Positions 1-12,730 are shown, counted from the first letter of the whole stretch. The stretch is 63,849 bases of DNA, filler included, from Platydemus manokwari (GCA_037951405.1; 6 parts of 6 records of this genome joined end to end with filler, not necessarily neighbours in it), one strand, 5' to 3'. Notes: generated from the letters alone by a model not told the origin. Numbers and translations are program-made.

Positions 1-45
1 TTATTATTATTATTATTATTATTGTTATTATTATTATTATTATTA

Positions 46-77
<32 letters not shown>

Positions 78-80
78 TAT
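1..80. repeat. (TTA)n microsatellite at contig start
   Basis: Near-perfect ttattatta run with two ttg interruptions. Confidence 0.95.
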
Positions 81-3000
81 TACCATAACCTAAATCAGAA
101 AATAATTAAATATGTAAGCTGAGATTTACTGAAATATCTTATCTATAAATGTGTTCATTTTCATTTATATCTTCGACTTCAAGTAATTTGTATGTGATCA
201 ATCCAAACGGTATCCTATTTAGCTCAATGATTCGAAAAACAAAGTCATAAACCCATTAGGAAAATTCTCTTCTTCAAAATGGTGGTTAAGAATCGTTGAG
301 TACCTCAATTCATTTTTCGTCACAAACAAAAACGTCGTCAGAAACCCATATTTTATACTATTATAAATCCTATATTCACAATATCCAATATCGACCTGTG
401 TTTTTGTTTTTGTTCCGTCAAATCATTTCTGCGTGCCTTGTTGATTGCAATATTTGTTTCTCCATTTTAACCACTCAATGGCGGTGACCAATGCCAAAAA
501 TCTGCTTAGTTTTCGAACAATTTTTTTAATAGAATGAGCGAAACAAAACAAAACGACATATATGAGAACTTTATTGGGCTTGGCTTTCAGCTGTAGAGTT
601 TAATTCTCCATTCATTGGATATTGATTTTCAGTTATAGATTGTGCTCGAACAATCTCAATTGGTAAGTATGTGACGAGATCAAACTATTCAATGGAAACG
701 AAATCATTATTATGACAATAACGATTTAAAATAAAAATTGAAAAAAAAATAGTTTTGTTTTACTAAGGTCTTCGTTTTCAAATAATCGAAACCAAATATT
801 CGTTTTTCGAAAAACAAAATCACCACCACCACAAAATCTTCTCCCGAAAAACCAAACAAACAAATTTATTTCCAAAATTAATCTTAATCGATTAATAAAT
901 AAATAAAAAAAATAATTATCGACGCCATCTTTACTACCTGTCATCAGTGCAACGACTAGAGATATACAATGGCCTCCATGCAACCCAAACAAACTGACAA
1001 TGATGGTCTATTGATGAAAACAAAAAAAAGTCATTTGAAAAGAATGGCGAATTTTTTTCCATCAATGCAATTAACACCCGAAAATCCAGGGCCAGCTATT
1101 TCTGAATTGATAAAAAGAAAAAAAAAACACGATCAGCTTGGCAGAATGATTCCTCACTGATCAATTTTTGTTTTGAAAAATGGAAAATTTTCCATCGCTC
1201 GCACAAGCGGCTTTTTTTAAAAAATAAGGAAAAAGTAAAATGAGAAAAAAAAATGATTTTATCGACTTAAAAAATCTTTTTTAGATTTTGTTTGTTTTTT
1301 TCTTTGTCAATTGCGAAATCAACTCGTTCAACATTATAATGGAATTCTGTGATTTGATAATTCTGTTTCTGATCACGAAGACCAATATTGGGCCCGACAA
1401 TGGCGGATGTAATGAACAGAAAATCATCGTTCAACACATACAAATGCATTTCGTAGACATTTGGCTCATATGGTTTCCATGGTAAACTATGACTTCTTAT
1501 AACAATGGAATTGCACAAAATCTTCGTGTTTGGATTTCTTTTATGGTTAGAGTGCAATCAACATAAAGAACTCAAATGTGATTAATTTAACCGATGATAA
1601 ACAAAGATTTGATTTTCCAAACTGATTTCGAATCCATCATTCAAACATATGGCACTGCACACACAACATGTCACAGTCAACCAACAACCCGCACACCATC
1701 ATTCAACCTGTGTGAACGAGACGATGAATTAAACATCTACAGATCGCGCTATTTATTGCATGAAAAATAGTATTAATAATGCTCAAGCCTGTACTCGTTT
1801 TTTAAACCAAAGCCTAAAAATACCAAAAAAAAAATCAACATCAATTTCGTAGTAATCTCAAACCAAAAATTAGGAAAACAAAACAACCAAAGTTCGATAT
1901 TTAATTGAAAACCCAACCCATCTATATCGCTTTTTGGCACATATTTTCGTCACGGTAAATAAAAAATCGCCAACTCCAAAAAGAGTCGTTGACTCTGTTT
2001 ATGTCTCAATTCTCAAATAAGAAACACTGAAAAAAAAACATTCGCTCTGACAGAAAGGGGGAAAAAATATATCAACATTATATTTTTGACAACGCAGTTG
2101 ATTATTATTATTATTTTTTTCCAATGAAACAAAGCCAGAAAAAAACAACCGGGGAAATCTAAAAAAAACATTTAATGCCAGCAGTTGGCACAATAGGAAT
2201 ATCGATTAATAATTCGTGAGATGAGGCCCAATGAAATAAATGAAATATTTGTTTGTAAAAATATGGGTGGAACGAAAAATTGGTCGCCCTGTGATAATCG
2301 TCATTATGCAATTGGCCAAATGATAACGTAATTGACATTAATAATCCAAACCAAAAACTGAACTAATAATAAGTATTATCAATACTGGTTGTGCAAAATA
2401 AAATAAAAAACCGTATTGAATTCAAAAAAGTAACAATTAATTACTGCATTCACAGATGCACAAAACTACAAACAATAAATTTCGATTTAAGGTCTGCAGG
2501 TAGATACGGTTATTGAATTAAGAGAATGATGCACATTTCTAGTACTGCTCATTATCCGGTAGCTGCGTTAAACAAACCGTACCATAAACTCCATTGTTTA
2601 GATTTAAACGAGTTAACGAGGTCATTTATTTTTGCTGTTTTATATTTTCTATTGATTTGGCCTCATCGCGATTCAGGCAGCCTCTCGATAAAAGGAAGCA
2701 TTAGCAACACACACAGTAGAGCACAAATATTTGCCGATTGTAGCTCCACAAGTAACCAGCCAGATCTTGCACGGATGACTGAGCAACGCTCACAATACAC
2801 TGAACACACAAACAATCGCCGCGCACACCACAGCTCCACTCGCAGACAGTAAAACAACACACACCGGCAACACACAATCACTTGAGTTAGTAAATCGAGC
2901 ACAATTGCTTGTAAGTTATGTTTCTTCACCTTCTTGCAATTCGCTATTCTATTCAAAACCTGGTTTGAAAAGCATTCATTGAAAACTACAACAATTACCA

Positions 3001-4223
3001 ACGCGACTGCTACATTATATTCATTCAATATTACTACTGGGCATACGATTAAAAGCCTTACTGCCACATTCGGAGTGACTACATCGCTATTGAAACAAAA
3101 GGTTATCCTGAAAGTATCTACGATTTCTCATTCTTCTCTCTACTACAATTACCGTGAACTAACAAAGCAAATTCATTTTTTTTCGAGTTAACAGTTTCTG
3201 AAAGTAAGCTGATAATTATTTTGGTATTGTTTTTTTTTTCATTAAATATAACCAATAAATCGATTAAAATTGATTTTTATTAATTATCTGATAAATAGAA
3301 CGCATTTCCAATTAACTATTCGATGATGAATGAATTGTGTTTCATATTTAATTTAATCAATAATCCAATATGAAAGCCCATTTTTCAATCGATATATATA
3401 TATCCAATAACGAATCAAACCAGAAATTGATTTGCATTCATTCTCGGAATGACCTCTAAATCGAAATTTAATAGAAACTATTCGATGGTAAATGGCATTT
3501 GCGAATTGGAGATATATTGACGTGTCTTCACTGGAAAAGTTTGACTTGTAAAAATGAAAATTCAGTCAAAACACTGTTTTCACAGTTTAGTCATGTTTGT
3601 ATATTCGTTGGTTAGCTCGGGTAATTTCTATAATTAATGGATGAATGAATGTCTTGTCCCAGTTCGCAAGAACTTGTTCGATCGGCTGTGTCAGCAAACC
3701 CAATATTTGGCTCATTGCGAACAAGAGATGAACAACGGAGACGAAAAAAATATATTCCCTGACTCGTGCCGGTTTATAATGTTTAACATAAATACACACA
3801 ATTCCATCGAACTGAAGCAATACTTTCTGCTTATATTCATATATCATGCTCGATATATAGCTAAACCAGGCGTGCTGTATTCACGAAAGAACAACACCCA
3901 AACACACTTGTTTGTATTTCTCATTTGCTGCATACGATACGGATTGGTTGTTGTTCGAGTGGTCGAATATCAAGCAAGTCATAGTCACTTTTTCTCTTCA
4001 CTTACAAACATTAATGGCCATGCCTGAGTAGATCGCACATAAAGACCAGTTGCTATTTTCGCTACAATAAAAACTTGACAATAATTCTACAACTCGCTTC
4101 TGGCTATATATCATCGAGTTAATTTTCAAGCATTCTTAATTAATAACGTATTTTTCTATCGAATAGTGAATCAGAATCGATTTGATTTGAATTATAATTG
4201 TTTTAGATATTGAATTTGACAAA

Positions 4224-4928
4224 ATGAATACAGAAATAATCAACACCATCTCACCAAATATGGCCGACAACACCACGGACATGATCGATTCCAATGAACT
4301 ATCAGCAACGGATTTGACGATGAAATTCTATGCGATAAAGTCCAATGATTTTGAAACGGTCGATATCAAACAAGAACCGAACAATTTAATATCGAAATAC
4401 CACATCAAATCCAATGATTTCGAAACAACTGATGTCCGACAAGACAACAATTTCCCATCTGGACTCAACAACAATAATTCAATGTCAGAATCGCCGAAAA
4501 TCACGAAATCAAAAAATCTCAAATCCGGTAACAAAAAATCATTCGTATGGAAATATTTCAGCCATCCGAAAAACGTTGACGGCATCGAAGACAGATCACG
4601 CACGGAATGCCTCGAATGCAAAAGCCAATTAGCGTTCAATGCTTCCGGTACGACAACGACTATGTTGAATCATTTGAAAAGTCGGCATCCAAAAATCGCA
4701 GAATGCGAAGAATATATCAAGTTGCGCAACTCACAAATTACGAGCTCGACCGATTCAAATATCACACAGAACCATTGTCAGACAAATGAATCTCCAACTG
4801 GCACTTTATCTCCATCGATTTCATTTGAATTGTCTAAAACAAATAATCCGAGCCCGGAAAACAAACCCTCTGAAGTCAGTCTCTACTCATTATTCAACAA
4901 CAACAATCCCAATTCAGACAATTATGCT
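4224..4928 (+). CDS. BED zinc-finger protein (ZBED/DREF-like), first coding exon; gene continues beyond this exon
   Basis: KKSFVWKYF...CLECKSQLAFNASGTTTTMLNHLKSRH matches the BED finger pattern (W..F, CxxC, HxxxxH). Acceptor ttttag at 4201-4206 and donor GTAAGT at 4929 (phase 0). The ORF tail past 4928 is intronic. Possible upstream 5'UTR exon donor GTAAGC at 3204. Downstream exons not identified. Confidence 0.85.
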
Positions 4929-7521
4929 GTAAGTATTTTCTTTCAATTTCGTATCGATTTGAATTGAATTTGATTCTATTGATTGATATTTTATAACATT
5001 TTGAGCATAATTATATTTTTGTTTTGTTAAACTATTTTTTTTTAAAAAAAAATTACGAATATTTGGAAAACGAATATTAGATATCAAATGAAAACCACTA
5101 AGAACTTGGGGGAAAAATCGATAAAACCCGGGCAAAAATTATATAACATTAGGAGTAAGAAAAGATAGACAAAGATGCATTTCTCTGCAATCTACTCGAT
5201 GCATCTCTCGAGCGAATCGATGAAATGACATTGGTCGGGTGTGGCAAAACTGCTCCTTTTCTACTGCTTATAGAGTTATCGAGTTGTTGTCGGGCTCATC
5301 ATCAATACGAAATGTGAGACAAAGAATAGATCTAATCGAACAAATACCTGAGCTGACTCATCGCAGTTGGTGAGTGCATAATTGTAGGTCGCGCCGCATT
5401 TCGAACTCAGCAGTGGTAATAAGAAAATAACGCAGTCATATGGTACGGTTGAGTAGGTCGCCTGTGACGTGACATAATAAAAATACTCGATAGTTATGAT
5501 GAATATCATTGTCATGTGTGTATGTGTGTGTGTGTGCAAGTTGATACGTTTGTGCGATAACATCATAGTTGAATCGATTCGCTTTGAGTCAAAATTGAAT
5601 TGAGATGAGTTGTAAAATTTTATTTCACACACGCACAAAAATAATAATTATAATAATGATCAATGCACTTCTTCACACTTTGATCGATACAAATAGAGAG
5701 ATGTTTGACATACTCAAGTTGGGAGCGCGAATATGCCGCTCTAATGCAAATGGCGATATTGAGTAATGTATTACATCATCGCGCAGAAATAATAATTATC
5801 GTGGCTTGATGGAAAAGGGTTTTTTCACTACAGGCTATGTCAAAGGAATTTATTTGGTTTAAAATAACACATATATAATATTTTATTCTCATCGATTTTC
5901 GATGACATGCACTTCGTAGTCGAATAATAGAAAGATTTCTGTTCTCTTTCAGTCATGTCGAATATGTATCTGATGTAATATATTCGTTTCTTTTCATTTT
6001 TCTCATCGATTTTTATATATTTTTTCGATGACATTTATCATGATAAAAAAAACTATATATTGCAAATCTCGCACGGTATTTTTGTTTTATCGATGACTAA
6101 AAGATGTCCAGTAAAGTCAAACTTTAATACTTAAAGATAGACATTGATATTCTGTTATTAACAGTTGTTTTTAAAGCCTTTTCTGGTAAGTTTGGATTTC
6201 ATTGTTTTGGTATTCCAATGGCCCAACCCAAAGCGAAATATAAAACATAAAAATTAAGTGGTTGAAAGGATTATTTGTAATTAAATAGAGCTTGACGAAT
6301 AATAAGAATGTCAACATATTTGTTTTATATTTCGATCCAATAGTGAGATTGGTTTTGTTGTGTGGTTTTTAAGCTTATCGTATTTGATATGATAGTTAAA
6401 AATAGGGTTTTTTTTTTAATAAAAAGAACAAAAAAGATATAAAAATTAATCTTATGAAATGTGAACAGTTTCGAATAGCTAATTCAACAAAGACATTATT
6501 ATCGAAATTCGTTACCATTACGTTCCTATTTAATCCTTCACCAATAGACAATTATAGCTTTTAGTATTAATATATACATATATTTTTTCACTGGTCCATT
6601 TTCAAAAAACAGAAACGTTTATATTTTATTGAAGCTACACAAAGAATTGAATCCATTCATGGTTCAAACAATAGTGATTTATTAAATTCAGATTTTTATT
6701 ATTTTCATCATTGTATTGAGCACACTTAATCAGTGCTATACGTTGATATCAAGCACGTCGACATTCACGATTCAGTTAATATAGAATAAAACGCATTTTG
6801 AGAATTAGTGCGCGCGCGCTCACATCAAGAAACAATGCTTGAAACAATTATTGTCTGGTAAATGTGATTCAAAGATTAATTGGTGAACGTTCAAAAATTA
6901 TTGATAAATATGATCTTTGGATTACTATTTGAGCTTGTAAAAAATTATCTCTGATCAACTCGAACCGAGTCTTTGTTTCGTAATGTGTTATCTCTGTATG
7001 GTTGGGGCATATGTTAATTATTATTTCATACTCGTTACGATCGGGAATTGGGCAGAATCGAGATTTTAATCAGATTGATTTAAAACCCGATGATGTAATA
7101 GATGGATTGGTTCGATTTTAACAAAATTAACATAAACTAATATGCGGGTCAAAAAGCTTCAGCATTTAAAGTTTAACCCTTAACAGAACTTAAGCAGATT
7201 TTTCGATCTGTTAATACACAAGAATCGAGCAATTATATTTTCCTTAACGATTTGAACTTCTTTCAAAAGGAGTTATAGACAGGGATAAAGAAGTTCGAAA
7301 TTGATTATATAGTGGATTTTATAAATGGAGAGAGAGGGGGGATTTTAGTGGATTGTGCCAACAGGAATATTATTAATTTTAATATATGAGATAACAATAT
7401 TTTAGTAAATCTATTAATTAATTTATCACCAATGTTTTATCATTTAAATGTTTTGAACTAAATAATTCTCGATTATATTTTTATGATAAATTTTATAAAA
7501 CGTAGACAGTGAGGATAGAAA

Positions 7522-7548
7522 ATAATAATAATAATAATAATAATAATA
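7522..7548. repeat. (AAT)n microsatellite
   Basis: Direct tandem aat repeats. Confidence 0.9.
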
Positions 7549-9073
7549 GGGGATGGATAAAATATTTATCATTGTTATTGTTGTGAAAAATATCCGAACT
7601 GAGATCAATGATCCAAAAAATTCATCTCACATTACCATAACTTAATCCATGAACTGATATTTCGGGATCTAGTTTGAATGAAGAACAATTATGTTCCGAT
7701 ATTTATGTGATTTGTGGAATTTTTTCTGGTGAAATCATTTCTAATCCTTTCGAAAAAGATAGAAAATTTATTCCTCATTTTTACAACAATACATCATTTG
7801 AAATCCATAACGAAAATTATTCGTCGTTCCCGGTTAAAAAACGCGATCAAACTTGAATTTTCATGTTTGAATGGATCATGGATCTAGAATTTTTATTTTG
7901 TGGGTTGATCATGGGATAATAGTTTGATTTGCTTCTAACGGTTTTGTCCGACATTATAAAAATAGAATTCACAGTGATAGACAGAAACGTCTTTGATTCC
8001 GAGAAAATCCGAGACAGTCGAGAAACTCGATGTATCGCGGAGACGTAAATAAACTTCAATGAAAAAAAAATATCAGGATCAAAAAATTTTAGAAAATTTC
8101 TATTACATTTTTTATCGAAACACTTAATGTTTTGAGTTATATTTATGATTTACGAATATTTTCGATTATTTATTTTGATATTACTTTGATGTGTATTGTA
8201 TGACGCAATACTCTATTTTACCAATAATGAATATATTTCTATACACTGTGTTATGAATTTTCTGACCACGCCAGATTATATATTGTTTTATCGAAATCCT
8301 GTGGAGTTATTTTTTAATATTTGATATTACTTGGAATATGTCGTATAATCTCTGAGAAACAAGACCATCGGATGAAAGCTATAATAGAATTATAATAATA
8401 TTATATTTTCGATATCAAAACAAACCATTTACTAGGTGATATCTTTTGTTTTGTAATTTTACTATTACGAATGATATGGACAAAAAATTATTGTCTTTAA
8501 TTTGGGAACCGGCCGCATGGTAATATGTCGATTAAAAACTCCAATTTTCGCTTAAATTCAAATCTGATAATTGTTGGATTAGGTTTATTTCCCTTTTTTT
8601 TCTCATAAGAGGGGACAAGGGTCTGGGTGGATTAAACCGGTTGTTGAAGTTGTTGTTGTCGTTTTGTTTGTTCTCAATATATTGTTTGTTGTTGTTTTTT
8701 TCGTTTGGAATGAATTTCCCGACAAACCTAAAAACCGATTGAGTGTTCCTTATTAATCCTGTGTATTTTTTCCTTGGTTGAATTGAGAATAATAAATAGA
8801 GAAAAAATTATAAATATATATATTTGTTTTTTTTTTGAAACGAATCGTAATGAAATGAAGTGCTAAAAATCGATCTCTTGAGTTTTGATTGAATGTAACA
8901 AAGCGTTGAATATGTTGACTTGAAAAAATTGTTATTGAATATGCTACATTTCTTAATGTCATTTCTTAAGTTCTATATGTCGGTCTGGATGTACATAGAT
9001 ATTATCAAATGACTTGACACTACAAACAACAATGGAGAAAGGAGTTTATTATTATTATTATTATTATTATTAT

Positions 9074-9173
9074 NNNNNNNNNNNNNNNNNNNNNNNNNNN
9101 NNNNNNNNNNNNNNNNNTTAATTAATTAANNNNNNNNNNNNNNNNNNNNNNNNNNNNNNNNNNNNNNNNNNNN
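9074..9173. other. Artificial contig spacer 44N-TTAATTAATTAA-44N
   Basis: Exactly 100 bp, central 12-mer gives stops in all six frames, identical to the four other spacers. Preceded by a (TTA)n tract where the contig broke. Confidence 0.98.
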
Positions 9174-9932
9174 ACAATAGAGAATCAGATGAAAAGAAAT
9201 GGCTACAATCCGAGCCACAAATTGAAAGAGATCTATGCGTCAATAGTTGGGAAAAGAATGCCTCAGTTCGGTGAAGTAAATGATGAGATTAGGGCAGTTA
9301 TCGATATCTATAAATGCATTGAAACAATATGGGAGGATGAAACAAATGATAATGAGGAAGCTCGAATTAAGAAGAAAGTCCAGCAAGAAGAAAAAGAAAT
9401 GTTAGCAAGAGCTACAAATATTTTCGAGTGGGCAGATAGAGAAAAATTAACGGAAAAAACAGTGATCAGAACAGAAGATAAGCTGTGGAATTTAAAACCA
9501 GCTGAAGAGCTCTATCATGAGAAGAAAAGATCGAAATTTTGGAGAAATAATATGATGGAATACAAAAAGTTAAAGGACAATGAACGGGGAGAGAGAATTC
9601 AGTTAATAATACATGATGACGATGAGGAATCTCAAAATGAAACTAAGACTGAGGATGATGTAATGATAATAGAGAGAGAAGAGCCGGAAAAAATGGAGTG
9701 TAATGAATATGAATTAAATTCGGAAGATGAAAGAAATCTGGAACAAATATGGTTAGAAGCAATGATTGAAGAAGAGATAGAAAAGGAAAGAGATAGACAA
9801 GAGTTGGAAGAAATATGGCAAGATGCAGAAGAATTCATCAGAGAAGAAAAAGAAAGGGCAATAATTGAGATCTCAAAGTTAAATCCTTCAGCAAAAGAGT
9901 TCGTGCCAGGAGAATTATGGGCACTCGATTAA
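9174..9932 (+). CDS. 5'-incomplete intronless ORF, probably the C-terminal part of a retroelement protein, with acidic/charged helical tail and C-terminal PAM2 motif
   Basis: Frame is open from the gap edge (aca ata gag aat cag ATG). Begins TIENQMKRNGYNP, similar to the I...L..NGYP motif after Penelope-like RT domains. Ends SKLNPSAKEFVP (9873-9908). Followed by a ~400-nt UTR-like segment and (AAT)n. Confidence 0.6.
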   Translation, partial: TIENQMKRNGYNPSHKLKEIYASIVGKRMPQFGEVNDEIRAVIDIYKCIETIWEDETNDNEEARIKKKVQQEEKEMLARATNIFEWADREKLTEKTVIRTEDKLWNLKPAEELYHEKKRSKFWRNNMMEYKKLKDNERGERIQLIIHDDDEESQNETKTEDDVMIIEREEPEKMECNEYELNSEDERNLEQIWLEAMIEEEIEKERDRQELEEIWQDAEEFIREEKERAIIEISKLNPSAKEFVPGELWALD

Positions 9933-10337
9933 ACACCACCTGAATTGAACAAACAGAAAAGGAAGAGATCTGAAGACTCAGTGAGGAATTCTCCAAAGCG
10001 TCACACGCATGAGGACATGCTTTCTGAGACCCCCCAGTAGTGTTGGGGAAATGAATTCTCAAGACAATTCAATAATTCATCATTAATAACTTTGTGACAA
10101 TTTTGTATCTGTGACAATTTTGACAATTGATGTTTATGCCTGATGGCATTTGTTTTTCGGTGTAATAATTTTGTAATTAATTTTTATTCAAGTGTAACAA
10201 TGTAGTTACCATTTTTAGATTTTTTAGAGCTTGATCATTCAAGCAGTGTAAATGTTAATGAATTTTTTGAAAGCTTGATTAATCAAGCAGTATATTATAT
10301 TTTTTATCAGGCTTCTGAGCAATTTTTAATTAAAGTT

Positions 10338-10400
10338 AATAATAATAATAATAACAATAATAATAATAATGATAATAATAATGATAATAATAATGATAAT
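10338..10400. repeat. (AAT)n/(AATAATGAT)n microsatellite
   Basis: Direct tandem repeats. Confidence 0.9.
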
Positions 10401-10689
10401 TATTGTTATCATAAAATAATAGTATTTGCGGTTGAAGAATATTTTTACATCTTTCAAGACAAAATATAGGAAATATATCGAAATATTAATATTCCACCAA
10501 TATAATCGTACAAGCAGATATTTTATTTCAAAAAAATTATAGGTAAATCTTTAGAGAATTAATTTATTTTCGCCAATAAACCGTGACGATTAAATTCGTC
10601 TCCCGAATCGTATAAATAGGGGGAATAAACGTCAAAACTTTCGAACTGCCTGTTACAAATGTAATCGAACGAACCGTCTGTTACAATCG

Positions 10690-11361
10690 TCTGCTACGTG
10701 AAGCTAAATTTGTTCAAAGCTATTCTGCTCGTTATCGGATCCTGATCCATATTTGCGCCAAGAAGAATCATAAGCCATTGTATTCAAGTATATGCCCCAA
10801 AATTCGTGAGTTAGATTAATTCTATAAACAACTGATCGGTAGTATAGAAGTCGTGTATATTGTCTTATTATAGTTTTATCTCAAACGTCTTGAAAAGTGG
10901 TTTTGCTGCAAGAGTGTGCAGTTTATTAACCGTAAATCTTCCCCAGAAGCTTAATAAGGTTGTTCGTTGTTTTTGTATTAAATTTGTATTTAACCATATT
11001 AGTTTGTAGTATTTTATATAATTGTTACGTAATATTTGTGTCAATAAACTTTTACAAAACACGAGTTTGTTATTGATTTGATAGTTATTGATTAATTGAG
11101 ACTGATAGAGACTGATAGAATAGTTGTTAACATAAGTTTAGGGATAGTTTTATTAACAGTTGATCATTGTTGCCGTTTGATATTATCTTCATATAATATT
11201 AGACGCGAGGCGAAAATAATATTAAATAGGTTCAATAGTTCGTACCTAGGGCTTGATCAGAACCACGAGAGACTCATTAAGTCAACAGTGATCATGAAGA
11301 ATAATAGAAAAAAAAGACTGATAAGATTAAAACAAAAATATAGCAAGCCCCAAACGCAACA
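10690..11361 (-). mobile_element. Solo LTR-like repeat, copy A (same family as ~43900-44586)
   Basis: Collinear shared blocks with copy B (ttcaagtatatgccc, gtgagttagat, tgagactgat, gatcattg.tgcc, gtacct.agggg.ttgatcaga, agactgata). Same terminus, reading TGTTG.GTTT(T)GGGG on the minus strand. Left boundary approximate. Confidence 0.6.
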
Positions 11362-12005
11362 TATGTAATCATCTGTGGCAAATAGTTAATGATAAATTAA
11401 AATGTTAATTAAAAACTTACCACTATTTTTTTTATCGTTATTGTAAAGTATGAAGTTAATTCCAGCCTCAATGATAATATCGTCTTGTAATCAACAAATT
11501 AAAAAATGTTTGGTATTTTTTATTTAAAACTAAACGATGTTGTATCAATTGAAGAATTTTTAAGTTCTATAATTAAAATATTAAATTTATTATCTGAAAA
11601 CACCTAGTTCGACCTAATCAGTTACCATTGGTTATCTCACATTTAATTGTCAATAAGTTCTTATTTTAAGACTCATAAAATAATATTCGAATACATTTAT
11701 ATTGCTAAGCATCCTAGTTTGTTCATAATTTGTGATATTCCAAATATCATAATATTCGAAAATATAAAATAAATATATTTCAATTATAAATAAAGATTTA
11801 TGATTATTTTAGTAAATAATTTATTTTCGAAAAAAGTAAATATCTAACAGATTATATTAAAATTTATGTTAATGTCTTACAGTGTAAAAAGATTTTTAAA
11901 AATTTAATCTTTTGTTTATATAATATAATTTTTCTCAAGGTTATGGCTAAATTGTTATCTCGTATGAAATTTTGATTATTCTATTCCCTAACAGAATTAT
12001 TTTAG

Positions 12006-12536
12006 AATTTGATGCTATAGATAATCCTCGAGAAATTTTGATGTGGTCTCCTGATGTTGTAAACGAAGCAAATGAGGATAAGTTATTAAATTATATCAAT
12101 ATTGCTAAACAGAGTTATGGGTTAATTATATTAATCAAATTTAACTACAATTAATTTTAAAATCTAGATTGTGTGAATCTACTAGTCTGTCTATTTTGAC
12201 ATATAACAATGGTGATTTTGTCAAATCCTTTGAAGATGTTAAGCATATTAAAGAAAACAATTTTTCGTGGTCTACCAAAGATATTTTACAATTACTAATG
12301 TTGCTGGAGATTTTTAAATATAATTTTAAATTACTAACAAAAGTGGTAATAAAAATTATTAATAATATTTTAATTTTTTATTAATTATTTATTAGTTTGT
12401 TGGAAAATCAATAAAGGAATTAATTCAGTGCTGGTATCTGAACAAAATGAAAAAATGTATTAATGAAGATTTACAATATTTGGCTACTGGAAAACTTGAT
12501 GTACCTGTTTTAAAATTATATAAAATTCCTGAATAA
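12006..12536 (+). CDS. Short REST-corepressor (CoREST/RCOR)-like ELM2-SANT protein; exons ~12006-12120, 12168-12345, 12396-12536; 5' end not found
   Basis: Spliced peptide ILMWSPDVVNEANEDKLLNYINIAKQSYGLCESTSLSILTYNNGDFVKSFEDVKHIKENNFSWSTKDILQLLMLLEIFKYNFKLLTKVFVGKSIKELIQCWY parallels RCOR ELM2 (LVWSP...KLDEYIAIAKEKHG) plus SANT1 (W...D...F......KSIASLVKFYY). Introns of 47 and 50 nt are GT-AG and phase-consistent. Stop TAA overlaps AATAAA. Confidence 0.75.
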
Positions 12537-12730
12537 ATGTCTTTTGTGATTTTGATTTTCATAAATTTTTAAATTCTTTATCTACTGGAATTATTATTTT
12601 CGTTGGTTTTAAAGAGTAATTTCGAATTAGAAATTTTGAAATTTCACGGATTATTAAATTTAATTTTTGTTTAAATATTCTTAAATATTTTTATATTTGA
12701 TTTCTTTATTTCAGTAAAAAATATATTGAA

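Noticed and set aside
296-4027. Short ORFs upstream of the BED gene
   Set aside because: No domains, overlapping on both strands, low complexity; more likely UTR or regulatory DNA.
7674-8059. Opposing short ORFs as further exons
   Set aside because: Could not build a phase-consistent, stop-free splice model or recognise a domain.
1-9073. DRE (TATCGATA) autoregulation of the DREF-like BED gene
   Set aside because: ATCGAT is common throughout the window, and the perfect sites I noticed lie elsewhere, not at this locus.
9118-9129. Recurrent TTAATTAATTAA as a biological repeat or CRISPR-like array
   Set aside because: Always centred in 88 Ns; assembly spacer.
9965-10085. Possible hammerhead ribozyme (CTGAAGA-ctcagtgag-GAA, or CTGAGA...GAAA) behind the PAM2 ORF
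   Set aside because: Core is non-canonical and stem I cannot be formed. Worth an Infernal search, but not supportable by eye.
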